From positions 16,711 through 80,710 of the forward strand of contig CAYNVS010000003.1 of NCBI GenBank assembly GCA_964400725.1: a stretch of DNA of 64,000 bases. The letters are read 5' to 3'. A model generated the notes under the pieces. The model was given only the letters and a program-made list of their open reading frames with translations. It made no database searches and had not been told where the DNA came from. The translations under genes were made by a program, and so were the position numbers. The stretch is from an uncultured Myxococcales bacterium. Lineage in GTDB: Bacteria; Myxococcota_A; SURF-8; CAYNVS01. Shown here one piece after another: positions 1 to 10,632 of the stretch (its first letter is position 1; every line of letters starts with the position of its first letter).

Positions 1-2732
1 CTGAAAATGGTCATCTGGACCCTACTAGCATTGACGATTACATTCTTCGCGGCGGTTACGCCGCGCTGGGCAAGGCGCTTACGAGCATGACGCCCGAAGC
101 GGTGATAGACGAAGTCAAAAAGTCCGGCCTTCGCGGGCGCGGCGGCGCGGGATTCCCTACCGGCCGCAAATGGGAGCTTTGCCGCATGCAGCCCGGCAGC
201 GAAAAATACGTAATTTGCAACGCGGACGAGGGCGACCCCGGCGCGTACATGAACCGCTCCGAGTTGGAAGGCAACCCGCACGCGATTATCGAAGGCATGA
301 TACTTGGAGCCTACGCCATAGGCGCGAAGAAGGCGTACATTTATTGCCGCGCGGAATATCCGCTCGCGATAGAGCAGCTTAATAAAGGCATGGCGCAGGC
401 CAAAGAGCTCGGTCTGCTGGGCGACAACATTCTAGACAGCGGTTTCAGCCTAGAAATGATTATAAAAATGGGCGCGGGAGCGTTTGTCTGCGGCGAGGAA
501 ACCGCGCTGATGAACAGCATCGAAGGCAAGCGCGGAATGCCGCGTCCTCGTCCGCCCTATCCGGCGCAGTCGGGCGTTTTCGGCAAGCCGTCAAACATAA
601 ACAACGTAGAGACTTGGGCAAACATTCCGCTCATCGTAAACAAGGGCGCCGAATGGTTCTCAGGCATGGGAAGCGAGAAGTCTAAGGGCACCAAGGTCTT
701 TTCGTTGGTCGGCTGCGTGAACAACACCGGTTTGGTCGAGGTTCCGTTCGGCACCACGCTTCGCGAAATCGTAGAAGGCATCGGCGGCGGCGTTCCCAAG
801 GGGCGCAAGTTCAAGGTCGCGCAGATGGGCGGCCCGTCGGGCGGATGCGTTCCGGCCTCGCAGATGGACGTCCCCATCGATTACGAGTCGCTGCAATCGC
901 TCGGCGCGATTGTCGGCTCCGGCGGAATGGTCATCATGGACGAAACGACCTGCATGGTCGATCTCGCTAAATATTTTATGGAATTTATCCAGAGCGAATC
1001 GTGCGGCAAATGTATTCCGTGCCGCGAGGGAACGCGCAGACTGCTTGAGATACTTCAGGCTATCACGCGCCCGCGCCGCAAGGAAGAAGAGAACGACGCT
1101 CTCATCCGCTTCCAAGGGATGATGTACCTCAAGGAATTAGGCGAAATCATCAAGCAAACGTCGCTTTGCGGCTTGGGACAGACGGCCGCCAACCCCGTTC
1201 TCGCGACGCTGCGCTGGTTCCGCGACGAGTACGAGGCGCATATCTTCGAGCGCCGCTGCCCGGCCGGAGCCTGCAAAGAGCTCGTCGGCGCGCCCTGTCA
1301 AGGCGGCTGTCCGGTCGGCACGGAAGTTTGGCGCTACGTCGCGAACATCGCCAAAGGCGACTACGCCGAGGCTTACCGCGTAATCCGCGCCGCCAACCCC
1401 TTCCCGTCGGCCTGCGCGCGCGTTTGCAACCACCCGTGCGAAAAGGTTTGCCGCGCCGGAACCACGGGAGGCCAGCCGATAGCCATTCGCGCGCTCAAGC
1501 GTTTCGCGGTTGATAAAGTCGATCCGTCTTCATATAAATTCAAAGTAAAACCGGCCAAGGAAAACGCGGCAAAGATAGCCGTAATCGGCGCAGGTCCCGC
1601 TGGATTGACGGCTGCGCACTACCTTTCGATAAAGGGACACAAGGTTGAGATATTTGAAAAGGAAAACAAGCCGGGCGGAATGCTTGTCTGCGCCATCCCT
1701 GAATACCGTCTGCCTCGCGACGTTTTGAAAAAAGAAATCGACGGGCTTCTCAATGAAAACACGACGCTGCATCTCAACAAAGAGATGGGCAAGGACTTCA
1801 CCGTCGATAGTCTGTTGGCCGAAGGATACAAGGCGGTTTACCTTTCCATCGGCTCGCATAAAAGCCGCAAGCTCGGCCTCGAAGGCGAGAACGCGGAAGG
1901 CGTTCTGCCGGGCATCAAGTTCCTCAAGGCTTACAACCTGCGCGGCGAGCAGCTTGCCAGAGGGCGCGTAGGAGTAATCGGCGGCGGAAACTCAGCCGTG
2001 GACGCAGCCCGCGTGGCGATTAGACAGAAGGCCGTTACCGACGTAACGCTGTATTACCGCCGCGGACGCGACGAGATGCCGGCTTACAACGAAGAAATCG
2101 AAGCCGCTATAGAAGAAGGCGTGAAAATTGTTACGCTGGTCGCGCCAGTAGGCCTCGAAGTCGAGAACGGCAAGCTCAAAGCCGTCAAATTCATCCGCAA
2201 CGAGCTTGGCGAGCCTGACGCGAGCGGACGCTGCCGCCCGGTTCCCGTGGCCGGAAGCGAGTTCGTGGAGAAAATAGACACGCTCGTGGCCGCCATCAGC
2301 GAAGAGCCTGAGACCGCGGAGTTGAAAGAAATCGGCTTGAGCAGAAGCGGAACGATTAAAGTCAGCGAAGAGTCTTTCGCGACCGGCAAGGCGGGCGTGT
2401 TTGCGGGCGGCGACGTAGTAACCGGTTCCAACACCGTCATCGAAGCGATTGCGGCGGGCAAGAAGGCCGCAATTATGATTGACCGCTACGTTAGCGGCAA
2501 ACAGTTGAAGACTATAAACAAAGTCAAGCTGCCTTCGGTTTACATTGAGCCGATAGAGAGCGGGGAGGAAGGCGAAGGAGAGGCCGCGACGCGCGTAGAG
2601 CCGATACACTTGCCGGTGAAGAACCGCAAGCATAATTTCCGGGAAGTCGAGCTGTGCGTCCACGAGAAGGACGCGCTGTGCGAGGCGAGAAGATGCCTGC
2701 GCTGCGACCTCGACTTCACCCAGCCGGTTTAA
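1..2732 (+). CDS. 5'-partial NuoF-like NADH-binding flavoprotein fused to a GltD/NfnB-like FAD/NAD(P)-binding oxidoreductase module. Putative electron-transfer (diaphorase) subunit of an [FeFe] hydrogenase.
   Basis: The reading frame is open from the window edge, so the ATG at 87 is internal. The N-terminus reads [21 protein letters not shown]...[17 protein letters not shown], a NuoF 51-kDa FMN/NADH motif. [11 protein letters not shown] cluster and ferredoxin-like CxxC motifs follow. The C-terminal half carries [29 protein letters not shown] and [17 protein letters not shown] Rossmann motifs typical of GltD/NfnB/DPD-type proteins. Confidence 0.85.
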   Translation, partial: ENGHLDPTSIDDYILRGGYAALGKALTSMTPEAVIDEVKKSGLRGRGGAGFPTGRKWELCRMQPGSEKYVICNADEGDPGAYMNRSELEGNPHAIIEGMILGAYAIGAKKAYIYCRAEYPLAIEQLNKGMAQAKELGLLGDNILDSGFSLEMIIKMGAGAFVCGEETALMNSIEGKRGMPRPRPPYPAQSGVFGKPSNINNVETWANIPLIVNKGAEWFSGMGSEKSKGTKVFSLVGCVNNTGLVEVPFGTTLREIVEGIGGGVPKGRKFKVAQMGGPSGGCVPASQMDVPIDYESLQSLGAIVGSGGMVIMDETTCMVDLAKYFMEFIQSESCGKCIPCREGTRRLLEILQAITRPRRKEEENDALIRFQGMMYLKELGEIIKQTSLCGLGQTAANPVLATLRWFRDEYEAHIFERRCPAGACKELVGAPCQGGCPVGTEVWRYVANIAKGDYAEAYRVIRAANPFPSACARVCNHPCEKVCRAGTTGGQPIAIRALKRFAVDKVDPSSYKFKVKPAKENAAKIAVIGAGPAGLTAAHYLSIKGHKVEIFEKENKPGGMLVCAIPEYRLPRDVLKKEIDGLLNENTTLHLNKEMGKDFTVDSLLAEGYKAVYLSIGSHKSRKLGLEGENAEGVLPGIKFLKAYNLRGEQLARGRVGVIGGGNSAVDAARVAIRQKAVTDVTLYYRRGRDEMPAYNEEIEAAIEEGVKIVTLVAPVGLEVENGKLKAVKFIRNELGEPDASGRCRPVPVAGSEFVEKIDTLVAAISEEPETAELKEIGLSRSGTIKVSEESFATGKAGVFAGGDVVTGSNTVIEAIAAGKKAAIMIDRYVSGKQLKTINKVKLPSVYIEPIESGEEGEGEAATRVEPIHLPVKNRKHNFREVELCVHEKDALCEARRCLRCDLDFTQPV

Positions 2733-2753
2733 CGAGAAAGAACGAGGCAAATA

Positions 2754-4481
2754 ATGACTACCTTCAATATAGAAGTAAACGGCCAGCAAATCTCCGCTAA
2801 CAAAGGCGAGACGATACTGTCCGCGCTAAAGCGGGCGGGCGAATACGTGCCGACTCTGTGCTACATAGAGGGATTGTTCCCTTCAGGCGCCTGCCGCATG
2901 TGCGTGGTCGAGGTCGAAGGCGCGCCCGCGCTCGTTCCTTCGTGCTCCTTTCCGGTTTCCGAAGGAATGAAAATCAAAACGCGCTCGCCGCGCGTAATCA
3001 CGGCGAGGCGCCATATCGTAGAGCTGCTTCTCTCCAACCATCCGGACGACTGTCTATATTGCATCCGCAACGGGCAGTGCGATTTGCAGAAGCTCGCCAA
3101 AGAGTACGGCATTACCAACCGCATTTTCCGAGGCAAGCGCAATAAGCGCGAGAAAGACATCAGCAGCCCAAGCATAAACCGCGATCCGGAGAAGTGCATA
3201 CTTTGCGGCAAATGCGTCCGCGTCTGCGAGGAAATTCAGACGGTCGGAGCCATCGACTTCATCGACCGCGGCAGCCGCGCGTTCATCGGAACGGCCTTTA
3301 ACCGCGGGCTCAACGTATCAAGCTGCATCAATTGCGGCCAGTGCGTAACGATATGTCCCACCGGCGCGCTGCACGAGCATTCCAACGTCAACGACGTGCT
3401 GAAGGCTCTCAACGATCCGAGCAAAACCGTCGTCGTTCAGCACGCTCCGGCGGTTTCGGTAACTTTGGCCGAAGAATTTGGCTTCAAGCCGGGCGTGGAC
3501 TTCGACGGTAAAATGGTCGCCGCCATGCGCCGATTGGGCTTCAAAAGAGTCTTTGACACATCCTTCGCCGCCGATCTTACGATTATGGAAGAGGGAAGCG
3601 AGCTCGTTCAGCGCATTACCGAAGGCGGAGTTTTGCCGATGATGACCAGCTGCTCCCCCGGCTGGATTAAGTTCGTCGAGCAGTTCTATCCCGAGTTCAT
3701 CCCGAACGTTTCGACCTGCAAGAGCCCGCAGCAAATGATGGGCGCGATTATAAAGAGTTTCTGGGCCGAGCGAGAAAACCTGAAGCCGGAAGACATCGTG
3801 AGCGTTACCGTAATGCCGTGCACCGCCAAAAAGTTCGAGGCGGGACGTCCGGAGATGGGGCGCGCCTACGTTCCCGACGTGGATTTCGTTCTCACCACCC
3901 GCGAGCTGGCGCAGCTTATTCGCATTTGCGGCGTTGATCCTGAAAAGCTGGACCCGGAAGACGCGGATTCGCCCTTCGGCGAGCGCTCCAGCGCGGGCAA
4001 ACTCTTCGGCGCGACCGGCGGCGTCATGGAAGCTGCCGTAAGAAGCGCTTATTATTTAATTACCGGCGACGAGTTGAAAGAGCTCAAATTACAAGATCTG
4101 CGCGGCCTTAAAGGCAGCAAGGAGACCCGCGTTAAAATTGGCGAACTCGAACTTACGGCCGTTGTGGTAAGCAGTCTCGGTCAGGCGCGCAAACTTCTCG
4201 AAGAGATAAAGGCCGGACGCAAGGACGTCCATTTTATAGAAGTGATGACCTGTCCGGGCGGCTGCATCAACGGCGGAGGCCAGCCGGTTCACTCCGACTT
4301 GGAAGCCATACGCGCCCGCATGAACGCGCTTTACGCAATCGACCGCGACGCGCCGCTGCGCCAGAGCCACAGGAACGCGTGGGTAGAGCGGCTTTATAAA
4401 GAGTATTTGGGCAAGCCGCTGGGCGAGAAGAGCCATAAGCTGCTTCACACCCATTACCGCCGCCGCGACATACTGCTTTAA
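2754..4481 (+). CDS. hydA: [FeFe]-hydrogenase catalytic subunit (HydA-type, with N-terminal 2Fe-2S and 4Fe-4S accessory clusters)
   Basis: An N-terminal plant-type 2Fe-2S ferredoxin fold (CYIEGLFPSGACRMCVVEVEG) is followed by two 4Fe-4S motifs. All three H-cluster signatures are present: TSCSPGW (L1), MPCTAKKFE (L2) and CPGGCINGGGQP (L3). An RBS-like GAGG sits upstream of the ATG. Confidence 0.9.
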   Translation: MTTFNIEVNGQQISANKGETILSALKRAGEYVPTLCYIEGLFPSGACRMCVVEVEGAPALVPSCSFPVSEGMKIKTRSPRVITARRHIVELLLSNHPDDCLYCIRNGQCDLQKLAKEYGITNRIFRGKRNKREKDISSPSINRDPEKCILCGKCVRVCEEIQTVGAIDFIDRGSRAFIGTAFNRGLNVSSCINCGQCVTICPTGALHEHSNVNDVLKALNDPSKTVVVQHAPAVSVTLAEEFGFKPGVDFDGKMVAAMRRLGFKRVFDTSFAADLTIMEEGSELVQRITEGGVLPMMTSCSPGWIKFVEQFYPEFIPNVSTCKSPQQMMGAIIKSFWAERENLKPEDIVSVTVMPCTAKKFEAGRPEMGRAYVPDVDFVLTTRELAQLIRICGVDPEKLDPEDADSPFGERSSAGKLFGATGGVMEAAVRSAYYLITGDELKELKLQDLRGLKGSKETRVKIGELELTAVVVSSLGQARKLLEEIKAGRKDVHFIEVMTCPGGCINGGGQPVHSDLEAIRARMNALYAIDRDAPLRQSHRNAWVERLYKEYLGKPLGEKSHKLLHTHYRRRDILL

Positions 4482-4516
4482 TCCATTACGCCCTTGGGCA
4501 ACGAGAGGAGCGAAAT

Positions 4517-4909
4517 ATGAGCCAGGTAAAAAAAGTGCTTTTAGCCGACGACGACCCGGATATTCTTGAGCAGGTCGCCATGACGCTTCAGTCGGAAGGT
4601 TACGAAGTAGAAACCGCTAACGGTCAGGAAGAGGCGGAGGAAAAGCTGCTGTCTTTCGTTCCCGACATTGCGGTCATAGACCTGATGATGGAGCATATGG
4701 ATTCGGGATTCGTTTTGTGCTACAATATTAAAAAGCTCTATCCGGGAACGCCGGTAATAATCCTTACCGCCGTTACGGCGAGCACGGGTCTCGATTTTAC
4801 TGCGAACTCGGACGACGCCAAGTCGTGGGTGCGCGCCGACCTAATTTTGGACAAACCGGTGAGACCGGAACAGCTGAAAAAAGAGGTTCGCAGGCTGCTT
4901 CACGCTTGA
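4517..4909 (+). CDS. Stand-alone response-regulator receiver (CheY-like) protein
   Basis: 130 aa. Carries the DDDPDILE acidic pocket, a conserved Asp in IAVIDLMM, and a T/K pair (ILTAV ... DKPV). GAGAGGAG RBS upstream. Confidence 0.75.
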   Translation: MSQVKKVLLADDDPDILEQVAMTLQSEGYEVETANGQEEAEEKLLSFVPDIAVIDLMMEHMDSGFVLCYNIKKLYPGTPVIILTAVTASTGLDFTANSDDAKSWVRADLILDKPVRPEQLKKEVRRLLHA

Positions 4910-4943
4910 GAAAGCAAGGGAGCGCGTATAGCGCGGCGAAAAA

Positions 4944-6971
4944 ATGAGCGAAAAACCAATCTGCTTTGTAAAAACGATTAAGAACAGGTGCAGGGTTTGT
5001 TTTACCTGCGTCCGCAAATGTCCGGCCAAGGCGATACGAATTTCCAAGAGTCAGGCCGAGGTCGTTCCGGAGCGCTGTATAGCCTGCGGAAGCTGCGTAA
5101 GATATTGCAGCCAGCGCGCGAAGCAGGTGGTATCGACCGTGGACGAAGTGGAAGAGCTGTTGAAGAGCGGCGCGCGCGTAGCGGCGTGCGTCGCTCCTTC
5201 CTTTCCGGTTGAATTTCAGGCGGAATACGATTTTCGCGTTCTCGTCGGCATGATTCGGGCTCTCGGTTTCGATATGGTTTCGGAAGTGGCTTTCGGCGCG
5301 GATCTGGTGGCCGAGAGATACCGTCAATTGATGGTCGAGCACCGCGGCAGCCAATATATTGCGACGACATGCCCGGCGGTGGTCGGATACGTCGAGAGAT
5401 ACCATCCTGAGCTGGTGCGTTTCCTCGCGCCGATAGTCTCGCCGATGGTAGCCATGAGCCGGGCTTTGCGGGCTCTTGAAGGCAAAGACTTGAAAATAGT
5501 ATTCATCGGGCCGTGCATCGCTAAAAAGGCCGAAGCGAGAGACGAAGAAGTCGAAGGCGAAATCGACGCGGTAATAACTTTCAAGGAGCTGCGCGAGATG
5601 TTTGAGTCTCGCGGAGTCGATCCTCAAAATATAGATCCCTCCGACTTCGATCCGCCGCATCCTTCGCTCGGCGCGCTGTTTCCGCTCTCAAAAGGAATTT
5701 TGCAGGCCGCGGGCATTCCCGAAGATTTGGTCGTCGGCGACGTTATAGCCACCGACGGAGCGACTAACTTTACGTGCGCGCTGGGGGACTTTGCGGCTGG
5801 AAGTATGGACGCGAATCTCGTCGAGCTTCTTTCATGCAGCGGCTGCATAGCGGGTCCCGGATTGACCAGCAAGGAAACGCTGTTCAAGCGGCGCTCCCGC
5901 GTGAGCCATTACGTAAAATACCGCCTTGCGGGGCTCAACTCCGACGCGTGGCATAAAACCGTCAACAGGCTCGCCAACCTCGATCTGTCCCGCTCCTTCC
6001 GCGAGAAAGATCAACGCATTCTGAACGTCTCGGACGATCAGATTGAATGGGTTCTCAAGCGCATGGGCAAAACGTCCAAGGACGACGAGCTGAACTGCGG
6101 CGCGTGCGGCTACCAGACATGCAGAGACCACGCGGTAGCCATAATTAAAGGGCTCGCCGAAAGCGAAATGTGCCTTCCGTTCGTAATCGACAGGCTGGAA
6201 ATGACCGTCAACGAGTTGAAGGACTCGACCGAAAAACTGGCAAGCGCGCAGGAGTCGCTCATGCACTCGGAGCGCCTCGCCAGCATGGGGCAGCTCGCCG
6301 CGGGCGTGGCTCACGAGGTAAACAATCCGCTGGGCGTGGTGCTGATGTACACGCACTTGCTTCTCGAGGAAGTGGATAAAAATTCGAGCCTTTACAAAGA
6401 TTTGAAAATGATCGCGGAGCAGTCCGACCGGTGCAAGCGCATCGTGGCGGGGCTCTTGGACTTTGCGCGGCAAAATAAAGTAGTGCATCAGCCGACCAAC
6501 ATGCGCGAGCTGGTCGAGAACACGATGAAAACGCTGCCGCCTCCCGAAGGAGTAACCGTGGAAGTAATGCGCGGGGACGACGACGCGACCGCGGATATCG
6601 ACCGCGATCAAGTGGTGCAGATTTTAACCAACCTCGTAACCAACGCTTACGACGCCATGCCCAACGGAGGCAAGCTGACCGTTTCTGCGTCGGGCGACCG
6701 CGAATGGGTGGTGCTGGAAGTGGCGGACGAAGGTGTTGGCGTCCCCAAGGAAATTAAAAATAAAATATTCGAGCCGTTCTTTACCACAAAACAGATGGGT
6801 AAGGGAACGGGGCTGGGTCTTGCGGTCGTGTACGGCATCGTAAAAATGCACCGAGGAGACATAACTCTCGAATCGAACGCCGATCCGGCCGCCGGAAAAA
6901 CCGGCACGACCTTTAAAGTCAAGCTGCCGCGCCGCCCCAAAACGGCGCTTGAGGAAGGGGCGAGAGCATGA
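4944..6971 (+). CDS. Sensory [FeFe]-hydrogenase-like (HydS-type) domain fused to a histidine kinase
   Basis: Two N-terminal 4Fe-4S ferredoxin motifs (CRVCFTCVRKCP, CIACGSCVRYC) precede a HydA-like domain with degenerate H-cluster motifs: TTCPAV (L1), GPCIAKKAE (L2) and LSCSGCIAGPG (L3). A C-terminal Cys cluster (NCGACGYQTC) follows. HisKA (HEVNNPLGVV) and HATPase_c (N/G1/G2 boxes: LTNLVTNAYDAM, DEGVGV, GTGLGL) complete the protein. Confidence 0.8.
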   Translation: MSEKPICFVKTIKNRCRVCFTCVRKCPAKAIRISKSQAEVVPERCIACGSCVRYCSQRAKQVVSTVDEVEELLKSGARVAACVAPSFPVEFQAEYDFRVLVGMIRALGFDMVSEVAFGADLVAERYRQLMVEHRGSQYIATTCPAVVGYVERYHPELVRFLAPIVSPMVAMSRALRALEGKDLKIVFIGPCIAKKAEARDEEVEGEIDAVITFKELREMFESRGVDPQNIDPSDFDPPHPSLGALFPLSKGILQAAGIPEDLVVGDVIATDGATNFTCALGDFAAGSMDANLVELLSCSGCIAGPGLTSKETLFKRRSRVSHYVKYRLAGLNSDAWHKTVNRLANLDLSRSFREKDQRILNVSDDQIEWVLKRMGKTSKDDELNCGACGYQTCRDHAVAIIKGLAESEMCLPFVIDRLEMTVNELKDSTEKLASAQESLMHSERLASMGQLAAGVAHEVNNPLGVVLMYTHLLLEEVDKNSSLYKDLKMIAEQSDRCKRIVAGLLDFARQNKVVHQPTNMRELVENTMKTLPPPEGVTVEVMRGDDDATADIDRDQVVQILTNLVTNAYDAMPNGGKLTVSASGDREWVVLEVADEGVGVPKEIKNKIFEPFFTTKQMGKGTGLGLAVVYGIVKMHRGDITLESNADPAAGKTGTTFKVKLPRRPKTALEEGARA

Positions 6972-8122
6972 AAGAGACGCTGCGCCTGCTTGTCGTGGAC
7001 GACGAGATAGGGATGAGAATGGCGGTGGAACGCGCCTTGCGGTCATACAGCTGCCGAATCGACGAAATAGACAGCGACGTTGATTTCGTCGTCTCTTCAG
7101 CGGAATCCGGCGAAGAAGCTCTTGAAATGATTAACGCCGAACAGCCTCATCTTATAATGCTTGATTATAAGCTCCCCGGCATTTCCGGCATCGACGTGCT
7201 CAACGCGCTGGGCGATCGCAAGCAGGATATTTTCGTCGTGATGATAACGGCGTACGCCTCGCTGGAAACGGCCGTGCAGGCCACCAAGCTTGGCGCCTAC
7301 GACTTTCTCGCCAAGCCGTTCACTCCCGACGAGCTCAAAAGCGTTGTGCGCAAGACGACGCGCCATATGCTGTTGCAGCGGCAGGCGCGCAAGCTCGCGC
7401 AGGAAAAAAAGCAGATGCGCTTCCAGCTCATTTCGGTCGTAGCGCACGAACTCAAAGCTCCCATCGCGGCCATAGAAGGCTATTTGTACATTTTAAAAGA
7501 TCCGGCAATCATGGCCGACCCTTCCATCGTTTCCAAGTCGGTCGAGCGCTCGCTTGTGCGGCTTGAAGGGATGCGCAAGCTGATACTCGATTTGCTCGAT
7601 CTCACGCGCATCGAGTCGGGGCAGAAGAAACGCGAACTGAAAGACGTCGACGTTGCCGCGATAGCCCGCGCCAGCATGGAGACGATAGCTCCGTCCGCCT
7701 CCGACAAGCGCGTTACGATGGAAATGATCTGTCCCGAAACGCTCGTATTTAGGGCCGACGCGGGGGAGATTGAAATCATTTTCAACAACCTGCTGAGCAA
7801 CGCCGTCAAATACAACCGCGACGACGGCCGCGTAACGGCGACGGTGGAGAAGTTCGGAGACGGCGTAAAAATAACGGTGGCCGACACCGGCATCGGCATG
7901 ACCGAAGAGGAAAAGTCGCGGTTGTTCGGCGAGTTCGTCAGGATAAAAAACAAGAAAACCAAAAACGTCATGGGCAGCGGCCTAGGACTTTCTATTGTAA
8001 AAAAACTTACGGCGTTGTATGGAGGAAGCGTAAGCGTGGAGAGCGAGCCGGACGTCGGCTCGACTTTTACCGCGACGCTCGTAAAGGCGGCGGAAGAGCC
8101 CGAAGAGGGAGCGACGGATTGA
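6968..8122 (+). CDS. Hybrid sensor histidine kinase (N-terminal receiver plus HisKA and HATPase_c)
   Basis: The start overlaps the upstream stop (ATGA). The receiver (LLVVDDE...IMLDYKLPG...ITAYAS) is followed by the H-box VAHELKAPIAAI and the ATPase motifs NLLSNAVKY, DTGIGM and GSGLGL. Confidence 0.8.
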   Translation: MKETLRLLVVDDEIGMRMAVERALRSYSCRIDEIDSDVDFVVSSAESGEEALEMINAEQPHLIMLDYKLPGISGIDVLNALGDRKQDIFVVMITAYASLETAVQATKLGAYDFLAKPFTPDELKSVVRKTTRHMLLQRQARKLAQEKKQMRFQLISVVAHELKAPIAAIEGYLYILKDPAIMADPSIVSKSVERSLVRLEGMRKLILDLLDLTRIESGQKKRELKDVDVAAIARASMETIAPSASDKRVTMEMICPETLVFRADAGEIEIIFNNLLSNAVKYNRDDGRVTATVEKFGDGVKITVADTGIGMTEEEKSRLFGEFVRIKNKKTKNVMGSGLGLSIVKKLTALYGGSVSVESEPDVGSTFTATLVKAAEEPEEGATD

Positions 8123-8125
8123 AAA

Positions 8126-9208
8126 ATGGACTTTCATACCATCAAGGCTTTGCTGGAGGAGACCGACCCCGCGGTCTTGCAAAACCTATTCGACAGAGCG
8201 GACGAGACTAGGCGCGCCTGCGTCGGAGACGACGTTTATTTTCGAGGGCTTATCGAAATCAGCAATCACTGCAAGAGGTGCTGCGCTTACTGCGGCATTT
8301 CAACGGCGAATAAAAACGTTCCGCGCTACCGCATGACCGCCGACGAAGTATTGGAACAGGCGAGGTTAATAGCAAAAAACGGCGTCGGCACGACTGTGAT
8401 TCAGGCGGGCGAAGACGCGGCGCACACGACGGAATTCGTCGCCGAGCTCGTTAGGCGCATACGCGGCGAAACGGGGCTCGCGATAACGCTGAGCCTGGGC
8501 GAGAGGCCGCTTAGCGACTACGACGAGTGGAAGAAAGCCGGAGCCGACCGTTATTTGCTGCGCTTCGAAACGAGCGATTTGAATCTTTACCAAAAAATTC
8601 ATCCGCACGCTTCGGGGCTCGTCCACGAGAGGACGCTCATACTGCGGCATTTAAAAAGTCTCGGCTACGAGACGGGAAGCGGCGTTATGGTAGGCATTCC
8701 GGGGCAGACGTACGACGTTCTGGCCGAAGACTTAGTTCTCTTCGCCGAGCTAGAGCTGGACATGATAGGCGTGGGGCCGTACATACCGCACCCGGCCACG
8801 CCGCTTTACGCCGAATGGGCGGGCGAAACTTTTAAGCGTCCCGCGCAGGTTCCTAACGACGAAACGACGACGCTAAAAGCCGTGGCGATAACGCGCCTGT
8901 TGCTGCCCTATTCCAACATTCCTAGCGTTACGGCGCTTGCCACGATAGACCGCGCCGAAGGCCGCGCGAACGCTCTGAAGGCCGGCGCGAACATTGTTAT
9001 GCCAAACTTCACGCCGCTGAAATACCGAAAATTATATGAAATTTATCCCGACAAAGCCTGCGTCAACGAGGAAGCCGAAACGTGCTTGCCCTGCCTCGAG
9101 GCGCAAATAAAAAGCGTCGGGCGGACGATAGGCAAAGGGCCGGGAATCTCTCTGACATTTCAAAAATCGCGCGGAACAGATATATCCGCGAACCTCGGGA
9201 GGCCGTAA
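8126..9208 (+). CDS. hydE: [FeFe]-hydrogenase H-cluster radical-SAM maturase HydE
   Basis: The CKRCCAYCGIS radical-SAM CxxxCxxC motif sits in a biotin-synthase-like scaffold of about 360 aa. Placed between the regulators and hydG in the hyd operon. Confidence 0.8.
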   Translation: MDFHTIKALLEETDPAVLQNLFDRADETRRACVGDDVYFRGLIEISNHCKRCCAYCGISTANKNVPRYRMTADEVLEQARLIAKNGVGTTVIQAGEDAAHTTEFVAELVRRIRGETGLAITLSLGERPLSDYDEWKKAGADRYLLRFETSDLNLYQKIHPHASGLVHERTLILRHLKSLGYETGSGVMVGIPGQTYDVLAEDLVLFAELELDMIGVGPYIPHPATPLYAEWAGETFKRPAQVPNDETTTLKAVAITRLLLPYSNIPSVTALATIDRAEGRANALKAGANIVMPNFTPLKYRKLYEIYPDKACVNEEAETCLPCLEAQIKSVGRTIGKGPGISLTFQKSRGTDISANLGRP

Positions 9209-10632
9209 TGAAGACGCTGCCGTCGCTGGAACTTTCCAAGGGAGCCGTCGATTTCATCGACGACGCGAAGCTCGAAGCTATGCTTAAAGGCAAAAAGCCC
9301 GACAAGGCGCGCGTGCGGGACGTGGTGGCGAAGAGCCTCGCCAAGCAGGCGCTAAGCGCGGAAGAGACGGCCGAGCTGCTCAACGCGGACGACCCGGAAC
9401 TCGTCGAAGAAATTTTCGCCGCCGCGCGCGCGTTGAAGGAATCCGTTTACGGCAACCGCATCGTGCTGTTTGCGCCGCTTTACATAGGCAATAAGTGCCT
9501 CAACGACTGCCTTTACTGCGGTTTCAGGCGCAGCAACGCCGACGCCGCGCGCGTTACGCTTACGCGGTCCGAAATCGTTTCGCAGGTGGAAGCGCTTGAA
9601 AACAAAGGGCACAAGCGGCTCATTCTCGTCTTCGGCGAGCATCAGGACTACGGCGCGGATTTCATCGCGGAAAGCGTGCGGACGGTTTATGAAACGAAGG
9701 TCGGGCGAGGCGAAATTAGGCGCGTCAACATAAACGCGGCTCCGCTTGACGCGGAAGGGTTTAAAATCGTAAAAAAAGCGGGCATCGGCACCTACCAAAT
9801 TTTCATGGAGACGTATCATCACGCGACGTACGCCGCGGTTCACCCCGCGAACACGCGCAAGGCGAATTACGCCTACCGGCTCGACGCGCTTTCGAGGGCC
9901 TTCGAGGCCGGCTGCGACGACATGGGAATCGGCGCGCTCATCGGTCTGCACGACTGGAAGTTCGAGGCTCTAGGGCTCGTGTCGCACGCGCTTCACCTTC
10001 AGGCGCGCTACGGCGTGGGGCCGCACACAATCAGTTTTCCGAGGCTCAAACCGGCCTTTGGCATGGGTTTCAAGCCAAACGTAGTCGTGAGCGACGACGA
10101 GTTCAAGCGGCTCATCGCCATACTTCGACTCGCCGTGCCCTACACCGGCCTAATACTCACGGCGCGCGAGAACGCTCAGCTTCGCCGCGACTGCATGAGC
10201 TTCGGCGTGTCGCAAATCGACGCGGGAACGCGCATAGAGATGGCGGGCTACACCAAAGCGACGGACGACCAGCAAGCCGACCGTCAGCAATTCATGCTTG
10301 GCGACTTGCGCTCGCTGGACGAAGTTATAAAAGAACTTGCGGACGACGGCTACATCCCGAGCTTTTGCACGGCTTGCTACCGTTTGGGTCGCACGGGCGA
10401 ACATTTCATGGAGTTCGCGATTCCCGGATTCATCAAGCGGTTTTGCACGCCGAACGCGCTGACGACGCTGACCGAGTATCTCGTCGATTACGCGGAGCCC
10501 GAAACGCGCGCCGCCGGCGAGAGGCTGGTCGTCGAGGAACTCGCTAAAATCGAGGACGGCCCGATGAAGGAACAGCTTTTAAAAAAGCTGGAAGAAATTA
10601 AAACGAGCGAGAAGCGGGATTTGTATTTTTAA
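9208..10632 (+). CDS. hydG: [FeFe]-hydrogenase H-cluster radical-SAM maturase HydG (ThiH-like)
   Basis: An internal start at 9208 (MKTLPSL...) overlaps the hydE stop (TAATG) and is preceded by GGGAGG. Radical-SAM motif CLNDCLYCGF. A C-terminal Cys-rich region (SFCTACYRLGRTGEHF...FCTP) is typical of HydG. Confidence 0.8.
   Translation: MKTLPSLELSKGAVDFIDDAKLEAMLKGKKPDKARVRDVVAKSLAKQALSAEETAELLNADDPELVEEIFAAARALKESVYGNRIVLFAPLYIGNKCLNDCLYCGFRRSNADAARVTLTRSEIVSQVEALENKGHKRLILVFGEHQDYGADFIAESVRTVYETKVGRGEIRRVNINAAPLDAEGFKIVKKAGIGTYQIFMETYHHATYAAVHPANTRKANYAYRLDALSRAFEAGCDDMGIGALIGLHDWKFEALGLVSHALHLQARYGVGPHTISFPRLKPAFGMGFKPNVVVSDDEFKRLIAILRLAVPYTGLILTARENAQLRRDCMSFGVSQIDAGTRIEMAGYTKATDDQQADRQQFMLGDLRSLDEVIKELADDGYIPSFCTACYRLGRTGEHFMEFAIPGFIKRFCTPNALTTLTEYLVDYAEPETRAAGERLVVEELAKIEDGPMKEQLLKKLEEIKTSEKRDLYF

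Noticed and set aside
1992-2789. 265-aa minus-strand ORF
   Set aside because: Antisense to the well-supported NuoF-GltD gene. Typical high-GC shadow ORF.
4797-5660. 287-aa minus-strand ORF
   Set aside because: Antisense to the receiver and sensory-kinase genes, with no motifs.
5832-6611. 259-aa minus-strand ORF
   Set aside because: Antisense to the HisKA/HATPase region of the sensory kinase.
9082-9207. Upstream extension of the hydG ORF (MLALPRG...)
   Set aside because: It overlaps the hydE 3' end in another frame. A conserved HydG N-terminus and an RBS support the start at 9208.
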